64,000 nucleotides of DNA from an uncultured Opitutia bacterium (GTDB lineage Bacteria; Verrucomicrobiota; Verrucomicrobiia; Opitutales; Opitutaceae). A model generated the notes under the pieces. That model was not told the origin of the DNA. It made no database searches and saw nothing but the letters and a program-made list of their open reading frames with translations. Positions 35,633 through 45,408 of this stretch are shown piece after piece. The stretch lies in contig CAIONS010000013.1 in NCBI GenBank assembly GCA_903859715.1, forward strand, positions 13,549 to 77,548. Direction: 5' to 3'. The position numbers were made by a program, and so were the translations under genes. Numbering within the stretch: the stretch's first letter is position 1; the number at the start of each line of letters is the position of its first letter.

Positions 35633-36742
35633 ATGCGCATCGGACCGCACGAACTCGCGTCGAATCTGTGCCTCTCGCCGCTGGCGGGTTACACGAACCT
35701 GCCCATGCGCGAGACCGTGCGCGAACTTGGCGGACTCGGCTGGGCCACGACCGATCTCGTTAACGCCCGCTCACTCCTCGAGCGCAACCCCACGGCCCTC
35801 AAGCTCGCCGCCACCTCACCCGCCGACCGGCCGCTGGCTATCCAGCTGTTCGGCAGCGTGCCGGAGGAAATGCGTGACGCCGCCCTCATGTGCCAGGAAC
35901 TCGGCGTGGAATCCGTCGACATCAACATGGGCTGCCCGGTGCGCAAGGTGGTCAACATCGGCGGCGGTTCCGCCATGATGACCGAGCTCGACAAGACCGC
36001 AGCTCTGGTCCGCGGGATGATCGAGGCCGTGAAAATCCCCGTCACCGCCAAGATGCGGCTCGGCTGGGATGACGACAATCTCACCGCGCCCGACCTCGCG
36101 CGCGTGCTCGAGGACGTCGGCGTTGCCGCGATCTTCGTGCACGGCCGCACCCGCGCCCAGGGTTTCAGCGGTACTGTCAATCTCGCCGGCATCCGCAGCG
36201 TGGTCCGCGCCGTCCGGCAAATCCCGGTCATCGGCAATGGCGACGTCACTACGCCCGAAGCCGCCCGGCACATGATTGACGAAACCGGTTGCGCCGGCGT
36301 GAGCATCGGCCGCGGCGCGTTTTATGACCCGTGGATTTTCCGCCGGACCGAGCACTACCTGCGCACCGGCGAACTCACCCCCGAGCCCGGGTTCACGGAA
36401 CGGATGCGCGTGCTGCGGCTGCACTTCGAGCGGTATGTGGCGTTTTATGGCGAGGCGCACGGGGCGAGACTCTTCCGCAAGGTCGCGCCGTGGTATGCCA
36501 AGCGTTTCGGTCCCGCCAAGAGTTTCAACCGCCGCATCATCACGATCACTTCCTGCGCGGATTTCGATGCCGCAGTCGCGGAGTATCTCGCATGGCGCGC
36601 GCCGTTTTGCGACGAGCAGGGCGAACTGCTGCCGAAGTATCAGCCCGCCCCGATGATCGCCTCCTTCATGGCCGAGGATGGCGAAGGCGCGATCGGACGC
36701 TCCGCCATTCCCGTGCCCAAGGGGCCGGTGGAAGTCTGGTAG
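35633..36742 (+). CDS. tRNA-dihydrouridine synthase
   Basis: LSPLAGYTNLPMR, DINMGCPVRKV (catalytic Cys), VHGRTRAQGFSG. 369 aa. Confidence 0.9.
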   Translation: MRIGPHELASNLCLSPLAGYTNLPMRETVRELGGLGWATTDLVNARSLLERNPTALKLAATSPADRPLAIQLFGSVPEEMRDAALMCQELGVESVDINMGCPVRKVVNIGGGSAMMTELDKTAALVRGMIEAVKIPVTAKMRLGWDDDNLTAPDLARVLEDVGVAAIFVHGRTRAQGFSGTVNLAGIRSVVRAVRQIPVIGNGDVTTPEAARHMIDETGCAGVSIGRGAFYDPWIFRRTEHYLRTGELTPEPGFTERMRVLRLHFERYVAFYGEAHGARLFRKVAPWYAKRFGPAKSFNRRIITITSCADFDAAVAEYLAWRAPFCDEQGELLPKYQPAPMIASFMAEDGEGAIGRSAIPVPKGPVEVW

Positions 36743-36793
36743 TCCGGACCGGCCCGTCTTGCGCCCTAGCCCCGACTGCCTGAGTCTCGCGGC

Positions 36794-37471
36794 ATGTCCA
36801 ACGTCAGTCATTTCTGGGAACTCATCCTTGGCACGGTCGTCGCCCTGCTGCCGCTGATCAACCCGCTCACGGCCGCCCCCACATTTCTCGCCATCACCGA
36901 GGGCGACAGCCGCGAACGCCGCCTGCAGCAGCTCCGCATGGCCTGCATCTACATGGTCGTCATCCTGGTGAGCTTCCTGATCGGCGGGACGTTCATCATG
37001 GGATTCTTCGGGCTGTCCATTCCCGGCCTGCGCATTGCGGGCGGACTTCTCGTGGCGGGCATCGGTTCGGGCATGCTGGTGGGGCCGGCGCGCGATACTG
37101 GCGACAGCCGCGCACACCAGGAAGCGCGCGCAAAACGCGATGTGTCGTTCTCCCCGCTCGCGATGCCGATGCTAAGTGGTCCCGGCTCGATCGCTGTGAC
37201 GATCGGCTTCACGTCACTCGCCACGCAATGGATCGACTACATCGCCATCATCCTCGGCATCGCGACCGTCGCGATCATCACCTACGTCACACTGCGGTTG
37301 TCTGAGCGCGTGGTGCGCGTGATCGGGGTCAACGGCATGAATGCGCTGTCGAAGGTCATGGGCTTCCTGATCCTCTGCATCGGCATCCAGTTTGTCGTGA
37401 ATGGCATCCTCAATATCGCGACCGACCCCGTGCTGATCCGCGGCATCCGCGACGCGGTGATGTCCCATTAG
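36794..37471 (+). CDS. MarC family (UPF0056) integral membrane protein
   Basis: 225 aa with 6 TM segments. N-terminal LLPLINPLTAAPTFLAIT signature. Confidence 0.85.
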   Translation: MSNVSHFWELILGTVVALLPLINPLTAAPTFLAITEGDSRERRLQQLRMACIYMVVILVSFLIGGTFIMGFFGLSIPGLRIAGGLLVAGIGSGMLVGPARDTGDSRAHQEARAKRDVSFSPLAMPMLSGPGSIAVTIGFTSLATQWIDYIAIILGIATVAIITYVTLRLSERVVRVIGVNGMNALSKVMGFLILCIGIQFVVNGILNIATDPVLIRGIRDAVMSH

Positions 37472-37544
37472 GCCGGGCCGGATTTTTTCACCTCGGGGCT
37501 GGACCCCGCCGGGCGCAGCGTGCTCTAGTCCGTTCCGTCCGCCC

Positions 37545-39908
37545 ATGCCCCGCCCCACCTCTGCCGTCAGCCGCGAAGCCCGGATCTTTGGCCGTTCCCA
37601 ATGGATCTGGCCCTACGACCACCGCTGGGATCTGCAGAATGCCTACGCGCTGTTCCGCCGTGATTTCAATTTGGAACGCGTGCCCAAGAAGGCGCCGCTC
37701 TGCATCACGGCCGACCAATCCTATCATCTGTATGTGAACGGGGCGTTTGTCGGTCGCGGACCGGCGCGCGGCTTTCAATCCCACTGGCCCTATGACGAGA
37801 TCGATATCGCCCGCTGGCTGGTGCCCGGCCGCAATGTGATCGCGGTGCGCGCGTACAATCCCGGCGAAAGCAATTTCCAATATCTCAGCCAGGGCTACGC
37901 CGGCCTGCTCGTCGCGGCGCAGTGGGGCGCCGTCCGGCTGCAGTCCGACCTGAGCTGGAAATGTCTCCCGCAACCCGGAGTCCGGCGCGACACCATCCGC
38001 GCCAGCACGCAGTTGTTCCCGCAGGAACATTTCGACGCGAGGCCGGGCCCGCTCGATTGGATGAATTCGGATTTTGACGATCAGGCTTGGGCCGCCCCCC
38101 GCGGCCAAGCCATTGGCATCGGTCCCTGGCTGGCGCTCGAGCCACGGGGCATTCCACAAATGTTCGAGGAAGCCTGGCGGCCCGGCCGCGTCATCGGCAC
38201 AGCGGAGGGTGTCTGCGGCGCCGGCTGGGAGGATGCGCGCAATCTCTACACGCTGCGCCAAGGCGAGGATCACACCCATGCGCCGGCGGCCTTTGACGCG
38301 ACTTCCTTCGACGTCCCCGCGACTGGACCGGGCCGCTTTCGCAGCTACCTCATTGATCTCGGCAAACCGGTCGTCGGCAATTTTTCCCTACAGGTGGGCG
38401 GGGCGCGGGGCGGCGAAGTCATCGACTTGGTTTACACCGAGGTCATTGCCGCGGGTAAATTGAAACCGGAACTGCGGTTCCCCGATGGCAGCAGTGTCTC
38501 GTTCAGCAGCCGCCTGACCTGCCGCGCCGGACGCACGGAGCACATGTTCTATCACCCTTACGGGTTTCGGTACGTGATGTTCGTCGTGCGCCACTCCGCC
38601 ACGCCGCTCACTCTCTCGCCCTGCCTGCGCCGGACCGGTTACCCGGTGGAGCCCCACGGACGTTTTCAAAGTTCCGATCAGGTGCTCGAGCAGATTTGGG
38701 AAACCTGCGCGTGGTCACAGCAGAACTGCATGATGGATGCCTACGTTGACACGCCGTGGCGCGAGCAGGCCCAGTGGTGGGGTGATGCCCGGGTGCAGGC
38801 CTGGAACACCTTTCACTTGAGCGGGGATGCCCGGCTGTTCCGGCGCGGCATTTATCAGATCGGCGGGCAGACCACACCGGACGGCCTGACCTTTGGTCAC
38901 GCCCCGACCATGGCTTACAACTGCGTGATCCCGGATTTCACGCTCATCTGGATGGTGACCCAGTGGGACTATTACTGGCAGACGGGCGACCTCCAGCCGT
39001 TCCGGGACCAGCGCGCCGTGGTGGAAGGGGCGCTCGCGTATTTCGAAGCTCACACCGGCAAGGATGGCTTGGTTCACTACGATTCCCGCTACTGGCTGTT
39101 TCTCGACTGGACCGACCTGCCGCGCGACGGCGCGTCGAGCATTTATAATCTCTGGCTGGTGATCGCACTGGAAAAACTCGCCGCGCTGCACCGCCTCACG
39201 CGCGACACCGCGGCGGCCATCCGTTGCGAGCGCTGGGCCCGGCGCCTGCGCACCAAGCTGCGCCCCTTGATCAACGCCAAGGGACTCATGCGCGACGGCT
39301 ACAACGCCAAGGGGAAATTGCTTTCCAGTACTTCACCGCACGCGCAAACCCTCGCGCTCATGACCGGACTCGCCCCGGACTCGGCGCCGGTGATGGAGCG
39401 TTTTCTCCTCGATTATCTGCGCGACGAATCCTGTCACACGGCCAAGCCCAGCGCTTATTGGATCACTTACGTTTACTCGGCGCTCGCCACCCGCGGCCAT
39501 GGGGCCGAAGTCGTGGCCCACATCCGGCCGCGCTGGGAACCGATGATTGCCCAGGGCTCCACGTTCGAGCTGTTTCAGGATCACCTGGAGTTTCCCATCA
39601 GCCATTCCCACGCCTGGTCGGCCCACCCGTTGTTTCACTTCATGGAAATCATCGGTGGCATCCGACAAGCGTCACCAGCCTGGAGAAAAATTGCTTTCGC
39701 TCCGAAATTCATCGGTGAGACCGGCGGCGCCACTGTGCCCACGCCGCAAGGTCCGGTCACCAGTGCATGGAAACGCGAGGGTTCACGCGTGCACGTCAGC
39801 CTTATCCTGCCACGGGGTGTCACTGCCACCGTGCAGCTGCCGGACCGGCCGGCGTTCAAGGCGAACGGTCGCCACCAGTGGACCGTGGAAACCGGCTCCC
39901 GCAGCTAG
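37545..39908 (+). CDS. alpha-L-rhamnosidase-like glycoside hydrolase (GH78-like six-hairpin)
   Basis: 787 aa. N-terminal WIW...ADQSYHLYVNGAFVGRGPARG block. Catalytic-domain block DAYVDTPWREQAQWWGDARVQ, analogous to the GH78 D.P.R.E...W.GD motif. Confidence 0.7.
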   Translation: MPRPTSAVSREARIFGRSQWIWPYDHRWDLQNAYALFRRDFNLERVPKKAPLCITADQSYHLYVNGAFVGRGPARGFQSHWPYDEIDIARWLVPGRNVIAVRAYNPGESNFQYLSQGYAGLLVAAQWGAVRLQSDLSWKCLPQPGVRRDTIRASTQLFPQEHFDARPGPLDWMNSDFDDQAWAAPRGQAIGIGPWLALEPRGIPQMFEEAWRPGRVIGTAEGVCGAGWEDARNLYTLRQGEDHTHAPAAFDATSFDVPATGPGRFRSYLIDLGKPVVGNFSLQVGGARGGEVIDLVYTEVIAAGKLKPELRFPDGSSVSFSSRLTCRAGRTEHMFYHPYGFRYVMFVVRHSATPLTLSPCLRRTGYPVEPHGRFQSSDQVLEQIWETCAWSQQNCMMDAYVDTPWREQAQWWGDARVQAWNTFHLSGDARLFRRGIYQIGGQTTPDGLTFGHAPTMAYNCVIPDFTLIWMVTQWDYYWQTGDLQPFRDQRAVVEGALAYFEAHTGKDGLVHYDSRYWLFLDWTDLPRDGASSIYNLWLVIALEKLAALHRLTRDTAAAIRCERWARRLRTKLRPLINAKGLMRDGYNAKGKLLSSTSPHAQTLALMTGLAPDSAPVMERFLLDYLRDESCHTAKPSAYWITYVYSALATRGHGAEVVAHIRPRWEPMIAQGSTFELFQDHLEFPISHSHAWSAHPLFHFMEIIGGIRQASPAWRKIAFAPKFIGETGGATVPTPQGPVTSAWKREGSRVHVSLILPRGVTATVQLPDRPAFKANGRHQWTVETGSRS

Positions 39909-39920
39909 CCGCCGGCCTGC

Positions 39921-41081
39921 TTAATAGCGCCGCGCGACCGTCGCGCCCGTCGAGTCCTTGAACACAATGTTCTTCGTTTTCGGATCGATGCTATCGAACC
40001 GGACGCCGAGCAAGGAATCGACCACCTCGCCCAGGCGGACCAAGCGGCCGTTGATAAACGCGCGGGGCGGCGTGCCTTGAAAGACGCCGCTGATTTTGGC
40101 GTCGGCCACAAATGAGCGGAACGCCGGACTGGCCTCGGTCTCCGCCTCGACCGATTCGGTGGTGATCGTGACCCCGGGCGCAAGATCGGTTGTCGCCGTT
40201 GTCATGGTCGGCTTGGAATGGGGATGGACCGGGTGCGCCGGAGCTCGCTCAACCTGGTCGGCGGCGGGTACGGCTGCTTTGGTCGTGTCAGCGTCGGTCA
40301 CCGGCGGCGTGACCGGAATTTCGGGACGTACTTCCACCGGCTTCGGTTTGGGAAGGGGCGGCGGCGGTTCGATAAATTTGACGTAAGCCAGGCCGATGAT
40401 CCCCGCCGCCATGACGAGTCCGCCGACTGCCACCAGCAAAAGCTTCCAAATCCTTTTCTTGCGCGCGGACGCTGCCAGCACGGAAGGCGGCAGCCGTCTC
40501 ACTGGCGCACCCGGACGCGGGGCCCCGGGGCGGGGTGCGCCCGACCGCAACGGCGGCTTGCCCGGAGCCGCACCGCCAACCATCGCCGACCCAGGCACCA
40601 CCATCGGGAAAGGCGGGGGTGCACCAGTCCCAGGAGCCGCCGCCTCAGCTTCCGGAACCGCCGCCGCGGCTTCAACCGCGGCGCCGGGCACCTTGATCTT
40701 GAGTTTTATCTTTCCATCCTCGGACGGAGGCGCCGGAGGTTCTGGAATTTCGGCGGCCGGAGCAGGCGCGGGTTCAGCCGGCACTTGCGCCGCCGCAGCC
40801 TGGGCCGGTTCCTGATTCAGCTTCGGCTTCAGCCGGATGCGATCTCCCGCGGGCGGACTGGGAGGCGGAGCCGATTCGACGGGCACTTCAACCGGAGTCA
40901 CTGCTGCTGCCGGAGTTTCTCCCGCCAGCTTGGGTTTGAGACGAAGCTTTCCCCCATCCGGGTCGGGTGCCGCGGCTGGCACCGGCGCCGGTGCTGCAGC
41001 CGGGGCAGCCGGCGGCGTCCCGGCATCGGGACGCTGGCGCGGCTTCAGGCGCAGCGAGGGTGGCGGTGTTTCGTCACTCAT
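39921..41081 (-). CDS. Pro/Ala-rich single-pass membrane protein with repeated basic LRLKPK motifs and GspB-like C-terminal domain
   Basis: 386 aa. Motifs SLRLKPRQ, KLRLKPKL, RIRLKPKL, KIKLKIKV. TM IWKLLLVAVGGLVMAAGIIGLAYV. C-terminus AFINGRLVRLGEVVDSLLGVRFDSID. Confidence 0.6.
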   Translation of the reverse strand: MSDETPPPSLRLKPRQRPDAGTPPAAPAAAPAPVPAAAPDPDGGKLRLKPKLAGETPAAAVTPVEVPVESAPPPSPPAGDRIRLKPKLNQEPAQAAAAQVPAEPAPAPAAEIPEPPAPPSEDGKIKLKIKVPGAAVEAAAAVPEAEAAAPGTGAPPPFPMVVPGSAMVGGAAPGKPPLRSGAPRPGAPRPGAPVRRLPPSVLAASARKKRIWKLLLVAVGGLVMAAGIIGLAYVKFIEPPPPLPKPKPVEVRPEIPVTPPVTDADTTKAAVPAADQVERAPAHPVHPHSKPTMTTATTDLAPGVTITTESVEAETEASPAFRSFVADAKISGVFQGTPPRAFINGRLVRLGEVVDSLLGVRFDSIDPKTKNIVFKDSTGATVARRY

Positions 41082-41180
41082 GAATGGATGTTAAAAACGA
41101 AATTTATGTGCGGCGCGAAACCAAAAAATTCCCTCGCGGTCAATTCCCCCCGGCCTAACTTGTCACCAATCCGTCTCCCT

Positions 41181-41429
41181 ATGAAACGCTCGTTCCTCTC
41201 CTGCCTGCTTCTCTCCTGCCTGCTCTCCGCTGGCTGCTGGCATCGCAGCAAACAGCCCAAGGAAAATACCGCCGTGGCCACCGAAGTCGAGGAAGCCTTC
41301 AAGCAGCGCTGGATTGAGAAGCGCAGCGCCGAGCTGGTCACGCAGGGGCTCCGCGCCGATCTCGCCCGCCAGCAGGCCATCGACGAATTCCGGGCCCGTT
41401 ACAGCTTTACCCGCGCCGCGGATAAATGA
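41181..41429 (+). CDS. small lipoprotein, unknown function
   Basis: ATG at 41181, in frame within ORF 40218-41429. MKRSFLSCLLLSCLLSAGC lipobox. 82 aa. ATGA overlap with rarD. Confidence 0.55.
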   Translation: MKRSFLSCLLLSCLLSAGCWHRSKQPKENTAVATEVEEAFKQRWIEKRSAELVTQGLRADLARQQAIDEFRARYSFTRAADK

Positions 41430-42328
41430 ACGGCCCAGACTCCCGGGCTGCCGGCCGCGGCGCCTTGGCTGCAGCCGCCTGCTACTTCGCCTGGGGGCTG
41501 TTCCCGATCTATTGGAAGCAGCTCACTGACGTCGATGCCACGGAGCTGATCGCGCACCGGCACATTTGGTCGCTGGGATTTGTGCTGATCGTGATGGCCG
41601 CGGGCGGCGGGTTCGGCGAGTTGCGGGCCGCCCTGCACTCCCGCACCGCCCTGCAATGGCATGCGGCGAGCGGAATTCTGCTCACCATCAACTGGCTGGT
41701 GTACGTCTGGGGCGTAAACCACGGGCACGTGCTCGAGACGAGTCTCGGCTATTTCCTGGTCCCACTGGTCAATGTCGCGCTGGGCCGGCTCGTGCTCCAT
41801 GAGCGGCTGCGGCCGGCCCAATGGATCGCCATCGGTTGTGCGGCCGGCGGCGTGGCCCTGCTCTTGCTGCGCGTCGGCCGGCTGCCCTGGATCTCACTCA
41901 CCGTGGCCGCCACCTTCGGCGTCTATGGGTTGTTGCGAAAAAAATCCCCGCTCGGCCCGTTGACCGGCCTCGGCCTGGAAACCCTGCTGCTGTTCCCGTT
42001 CGCCCTCGGGTTTCTGGCCTGGCAGCAGTCCACCGGCGCCGGGGCGCTTGGCCGCGTGAGTTTCCTTGAGCACGGGCTGCTCGTAAGCGCCGGCGTGGTC
42101 ACGGCGATTCCGCTGCTGCTGTTCGCCTATGGGGCGCGACGCATCCGGCTTTCCACGCTCGGGCTGCTGCAATACATCGCGCCCACCGTGCAATTCATGA
42201 TTGGGCTCTGGGTTTACCACGAGCCCTTGTCCCGCGGGCAGGCAGCCGCGTTCGCCTTCATCTGGTGCGGCCTCGCACTTTATACGGCCGACAACCTGTG
42301 GGCCCAGCGGCAGCTTACTCGCGCTTGA
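41426..42328 (+). CDS. rarD: EamA-family transporter RarD
   Basis: YFAWGLFPIYWKQL...ELIAHRHIWS signature. 300 aa with 10 TM segments. Confidence 0.85.
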   Translation: MNGPDSRAAGRGALAAAACYFAWGLFPIYWKQLTDVDATELIAHRHIWSLGFVLIVMAAGGGFGELRAALHSRTALQWHAASGILLTINWLVYVWGVNHGHVLETSLGYFLVPLVNVALGRLVLHERLRPAQWIAIGCAAGGVALLLLRVGRLPWISLTVAATFGVYGLLRKKSPLGPLTGLGLETLLLFPFALGFLAWQQSTGAGALGRVSFLEHGLLVSAGVVTAIPLLLFAYGARRIRLSTLGLLQYIAPTVQFMIGLWVYHEPLSRGQAAAFAFIWCGLALYTADNLWAQRQLTRA

Positions 42329-42785
42329 TCTCCACCAGCTCCATCACGAACACCAGGGTGGCGTCACGCGGAATGCGCGGCGGCGAGCCGCGTGTGCCAT
42401 AGCCCAGCTCCGGGGGAATGATGACCAGCCGGCGCTCGCCCTTTCTCATGCGCTGAAGGATGTCATCCCAACCTTGGATCACCACGTCCCGGCCCAGCCG
42501 GAAAACGAACGGGCGCGAGGGATCGGCGATCCGGTCGAAGATCCGGCCGTCGAGGAGGGTGCCTTGGTACACCACGGACACCATGTCGCCGGATTGGGCA
42601 AACTCTCCCTGCCCTTCGCGCTGGACGATGTAGCGGATGCCGGTGTTGGTTTTCTTGGCGTCAGGCCATTTTTTCTCGACGATCTCGAGGTCGTCCGGCG
42701 GCAGTTTCTCCCGCTGCGCGCGCAGGACGGGCACGGTCAATAGAACGGCAAGCAGCAGGCTGATGCGGGAAAGGACGGAGAACAT
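42315..42785 (-). CDS. FKBP-type peptidyl-prolyl cis-trans isomerase (secreted)
   Basis: Signal peptide. GDMVSVVYQGTLLDGRIFD...FRLGRDVVIQGWDDIL...RLVIIPPELGYG. Confidence 0.9.
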   Translation of the reverse strand: MFSVLSRISLLLAVLLTVPVLRAQREKLPPDDLEIVEKKWPDAKKTNTGIRYIVQREGQGEFAQSGDMVSVVYQGTLLDGRIFDRIADPSRPFVFRLGRDVVIQGWDDILQRMRKGERRLVIIPPELGYGTRGSPPRIPRDATLVFVMELVEIKRE

Positions 42786-42809
42786 GGCGGGAATTTTCTT
42801 TAACGAAGA

Positions 42810-43436
42810 TCAGGCGGATGACACGGACTTTTTTATCGCCGCATGGGCCGCTACCCGGGCCAGGGCTTCGCGGAGGAGCGTCCTGCCCGGCTCCATCCGG
42901 TGCCAGGGCGACGCCCCGGAAGGATGTGGCAGGGGAATGCAGTCGGCCGCGTGCCCGCGGTAGTCGATGCGGAACGAGCGCCCGATCGTCTCCACCAGCG
43001 GGCGCTCCCCGAGAAATTGCGAGATTGCCAGCTTGCCAACCGGAAGCACCAGCAGGGGTTGGAGCAGCGCAAACTCCCGCTCCAGCCAGACCGAACAGTT
43101 CGCAATTTCATCCGGAGCCGGCACGCGATCGCCGCCCTCGGGCCGCTTGCCGGGAAAACAGCGGCAGACCGCGGCAAAGTAGATGCGGTCGCGCACTTCG
43201 TCCTCCGTCCAGCCGGGCGCCTCGGCGAACCACTTGAAAAGCGTCTTGCCCGCCGTCCAGGCGAACGGCCGGCAGAGCTTGGGCTCCTTGTCGCCCGGGG
43301 CCTGTCCGACCAGCAGCACGCGGCTGGCCTTGGGCCGGCCCACAACCACGGGCCGGTGCATGCGCGGGCAGCGCTCGCAGGCGCGAAGCGCTGCGAGATG
43401 CTTTTCAACCGCGGCCACCGGGAGGGTCATTCGCAC
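42810..43436 (-). CDS. uracil-DNA glycosylase superfamily protein
   Basis: CERCP...VLLVGQAPG (motif A region) and LPHPSGASPW (motif B region). Confidence 0.8.
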   Translation of the reverse strand: MRMTLPVAAVEKHLAALRACERCPRMHRPVVVGRPKASRVLLVGQAPGDKEPKLCRPFAWTAGKTLFKWFAEAPGWTEDEVRDRIYFAAVCRCFPGKRPEGGDRVPAPDEIANCSVWLEREFALLQPLLVLPVGKLAISQFLGERPLVETIGRSFRIDYRGHAADCIPLPHPSGASPWHRMEPGRTLLREALARVAAHAAIKKSVSSA

Positions 43437-43481
43437 CGATGCTGGAGGTCACCCGCATCGGCGCGCAAGCCCGGGAAGCGA

Positions 43482-44717
43482 TCAGTAGCGGGCGCGCCGC
43501 CGGCCACCGCCGCCGCCACACCGGTTCCAACCGCCCTGCCGGCTCGGCTTGGAGTGAGTTCCGCCCGGCGCCGTCTCATGGGCGGGCCGCGCGGTGAAGG
43601 CCTTGTAATCAAAACCCTCGAGTTTCAGCTCGGGAATCTTCTGGCCGATGAAGCGCTGGATGTCGCGGATGTCGCCGGCATTTTCCGGGGTGACGAGGGT
43701 GAACGCGTCGCCCACCGCCTGCGCCCGGCCGGTGCGGCCGATGCGATGCACGTAGTCCTCGGGCTTTTCCGGCACGTCGTAATTGATGACGTGTGAGACG
43801 CCGGCGACATCGATGCCGCGGGCCGCGATGTCGGTTGCGACCATCACCTCGTACTTGCCGGACTTGAAGCCGGCCAGCGCCTCGATGCGCTGGTTCTGCG
43901 AGCGGTTCGCGTGCAGCACGGCCACGGAGTGGTTGGCGGCCTTGAGCCGGCGCGCGATCTTGTCTGCACCGTGTTTGGTGCGGGAAAACACGAGCACGCT
44001 GTCAAAGTCGGTCTTCGCCAGCAGCGCCTCGAGCAATTCGAACTTCTGCTCGGCCGCGACGGGATAAAGGGCGTGGTTCACCGACGCATTGACCGAGCGG
44101 GCGACGCCGATCTCGACTTTCGTCGGGTTGCGCAGCGCAAAGGACGCGACGGCCGCGATCTCGGGCGGAACGGTGGCGGAGAAAAACAGGGTCTGCCGGT
44201 CGCGCGGGCAGCGGGCGATGATGTCCTTCACCGCGGGCAGAAAACCCATGTCGAGCATCCGGTCGACTTCGTCGAGGATGAGGATGTTGATGTCCTGGAG
44301 GCTGATCGTGCGCTCCTTGAGGTAGTCCATCAGGCGTCCGGGCGTGGCGACAATGATGTCGACGCCGCGCTTGAGTTCGGCGCGCTGGTTGCCGTAACCG
44401 ACGCCGCCGAAGATGGCGACGGTGCGGAGATCGGTGAAACGGGCGAAATCACGGAAGGCGGTCTCGACCTGCGCGGCGAGTTCGCGCGTGGGTTCGAGCA
44501 CCAGCACGCGGGTGCGGCCGTGGGCACCGAGGCGCGTCAGCACGGGCAGCGCAAAGGCCGCGGTTTTGCCGGTGCCGGTCTGGGCGGAGGCAATGAGGTC
44601 GCCGCCCGACAGCACGGCCGGGATGGCGCGCAGCTGGATGGGCGTGGGATCGGTGTACCCGGCAGCTTGCACGCCGCGGAGTACGTTTTCGGAAAGATTG
44701 AGAGCTTTAAAAGACAT
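43482..44717 (-). CDS. DEAD-box ATP-dependent RNA helicase (RhlE-like)
   Basis: ORF 43482-44732; second ATG gives MSFKALNLSENVL. Motifs AQTGTGKTAAF, DEVD, SAT, HRIGRTGRA. Basic C-terminal tail. Confidence 0.9.
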   Translation of the reverse strand: MSFKALNLSENVLRGVQAAGYTDPTPIQLRAIPAVLSGGDLIASAQTGTGKTAAFALPVLTRLGAHGRTRVLVLEPTRELAAQVETAFRDFARFTDLRTVAIFGGVGYGNQRAELKRGVDIIVATPGRLMDYLKERTISLQDINILILDEVDRMLDMGFLPAVKDIIARCPRDRQTLFFSATVPPEIAAVASFALRNPTKVEIGVARSVNASVNHALYPVAAEQKFELLEALLAKTDFDSVLVFSRTKHGADKIARRLKAANHSVAVLHANRSQNQRIEALAGFKSGKYEVMVATDIAARGIDVAGVSHVINYDVPEKPEDYVHRIGRTGRAQAVGDAFTLVTPENAGDIRDIQRFIGQKIPELKLEGFDYKAFTARPAHETAPGGTHSKPSRQGGWNRCGGGGGRRRARY

Positions 44718-44749
44718 GGGACGGGGCCGCATCAGCGGCGGATGAAAAC

Positions 44750-44792
44750 TGCAAAAAAGAAAAGGGACGGAGCCCCAAAGGAGCTCCGTCCC
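44750..44792 (-). terminator. rho-independent terminator of the RRM-protein gene
   Basis: Minus strand: GGGACGGAGC-loop-GCTCCGTCCC followed by TTTTCTTTTTT. Coordinates +/-2 nt. Confidence 0.8.
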
Positions 44793-44821
44793 TCGAAAAT
44801 CAGTTCGTTAGAACAGATCGA

Positions 44822-45208
44822 TTAGTAGCGGCGCTCGCCACGGTCGCGATCGCCACCACGGCCACCGCCGCCGCCGCCGAAGCCGCCGCGACCACCGCCG
44901 CCGCCGCCACCGCCGAAGCCACGGCCGCCACCGCCGAAGCCGCCACCCGGGCGCTCTTCCTTGGGACGGGCCTCATTGACGGTCAGCTGACGGCCACCGA
45001 GATCGGTACCGTTCATCTTTTCCGTCGCGGCCTTGGCCTCTTCAGCCGTGCCCATGGTGACGAACGCGAAGCCACGGGGGCGACCGGTCATCTTGTCCAT
45101 GGCGACGTAGAGGTCGGTCACGGAGCCGAACTGGCCGAAAGCGGCGCGGAGTTCGTCTTCGGTGGTCTTGAACGACAGGTTGCCGACGTATAGTTTGGAA
45201 TTACTCAT
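44822..45208 (-). CDS. RRM-type RNA-binding protein with Gly/Arg-rich tail
   Basis: RNP-2 KLYVGNLSF and RNP-1 RGFAFVTM. C-terminal [36 protein letters not shown]. Confidence 0.9.
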   Translation of the reverse strand: MSNSKLYVGNLSFKTTEDELRAAFGQFGSVTDLYVAMDKMTGRPRGFAFVTMGTAEEAKAATEKMNGTDLGGRQLTVNEARPKEERPGGGFGGGGRGFGGGGGGGGRGGFGGGGGGRGGDRDRGERRY

Positions 45209-45408
45209 GTGATGTCTCGAAGATCCTACCGTCTGCTGCCAGTTCCGTTCCCACCGTGGGTTTCGAAATCATCACTTAAGCCAAACGCTCAGCCAACGAC
45301 TCACCAGATGCTGTCATCTAACGTTTTCTCTATCGATAAGCCGCTTAAGACACCGATGCTGCCGGGGAACGCAAGGCTAATCGCGGTGACTCGCACTCCA
45401 TCAACCGG

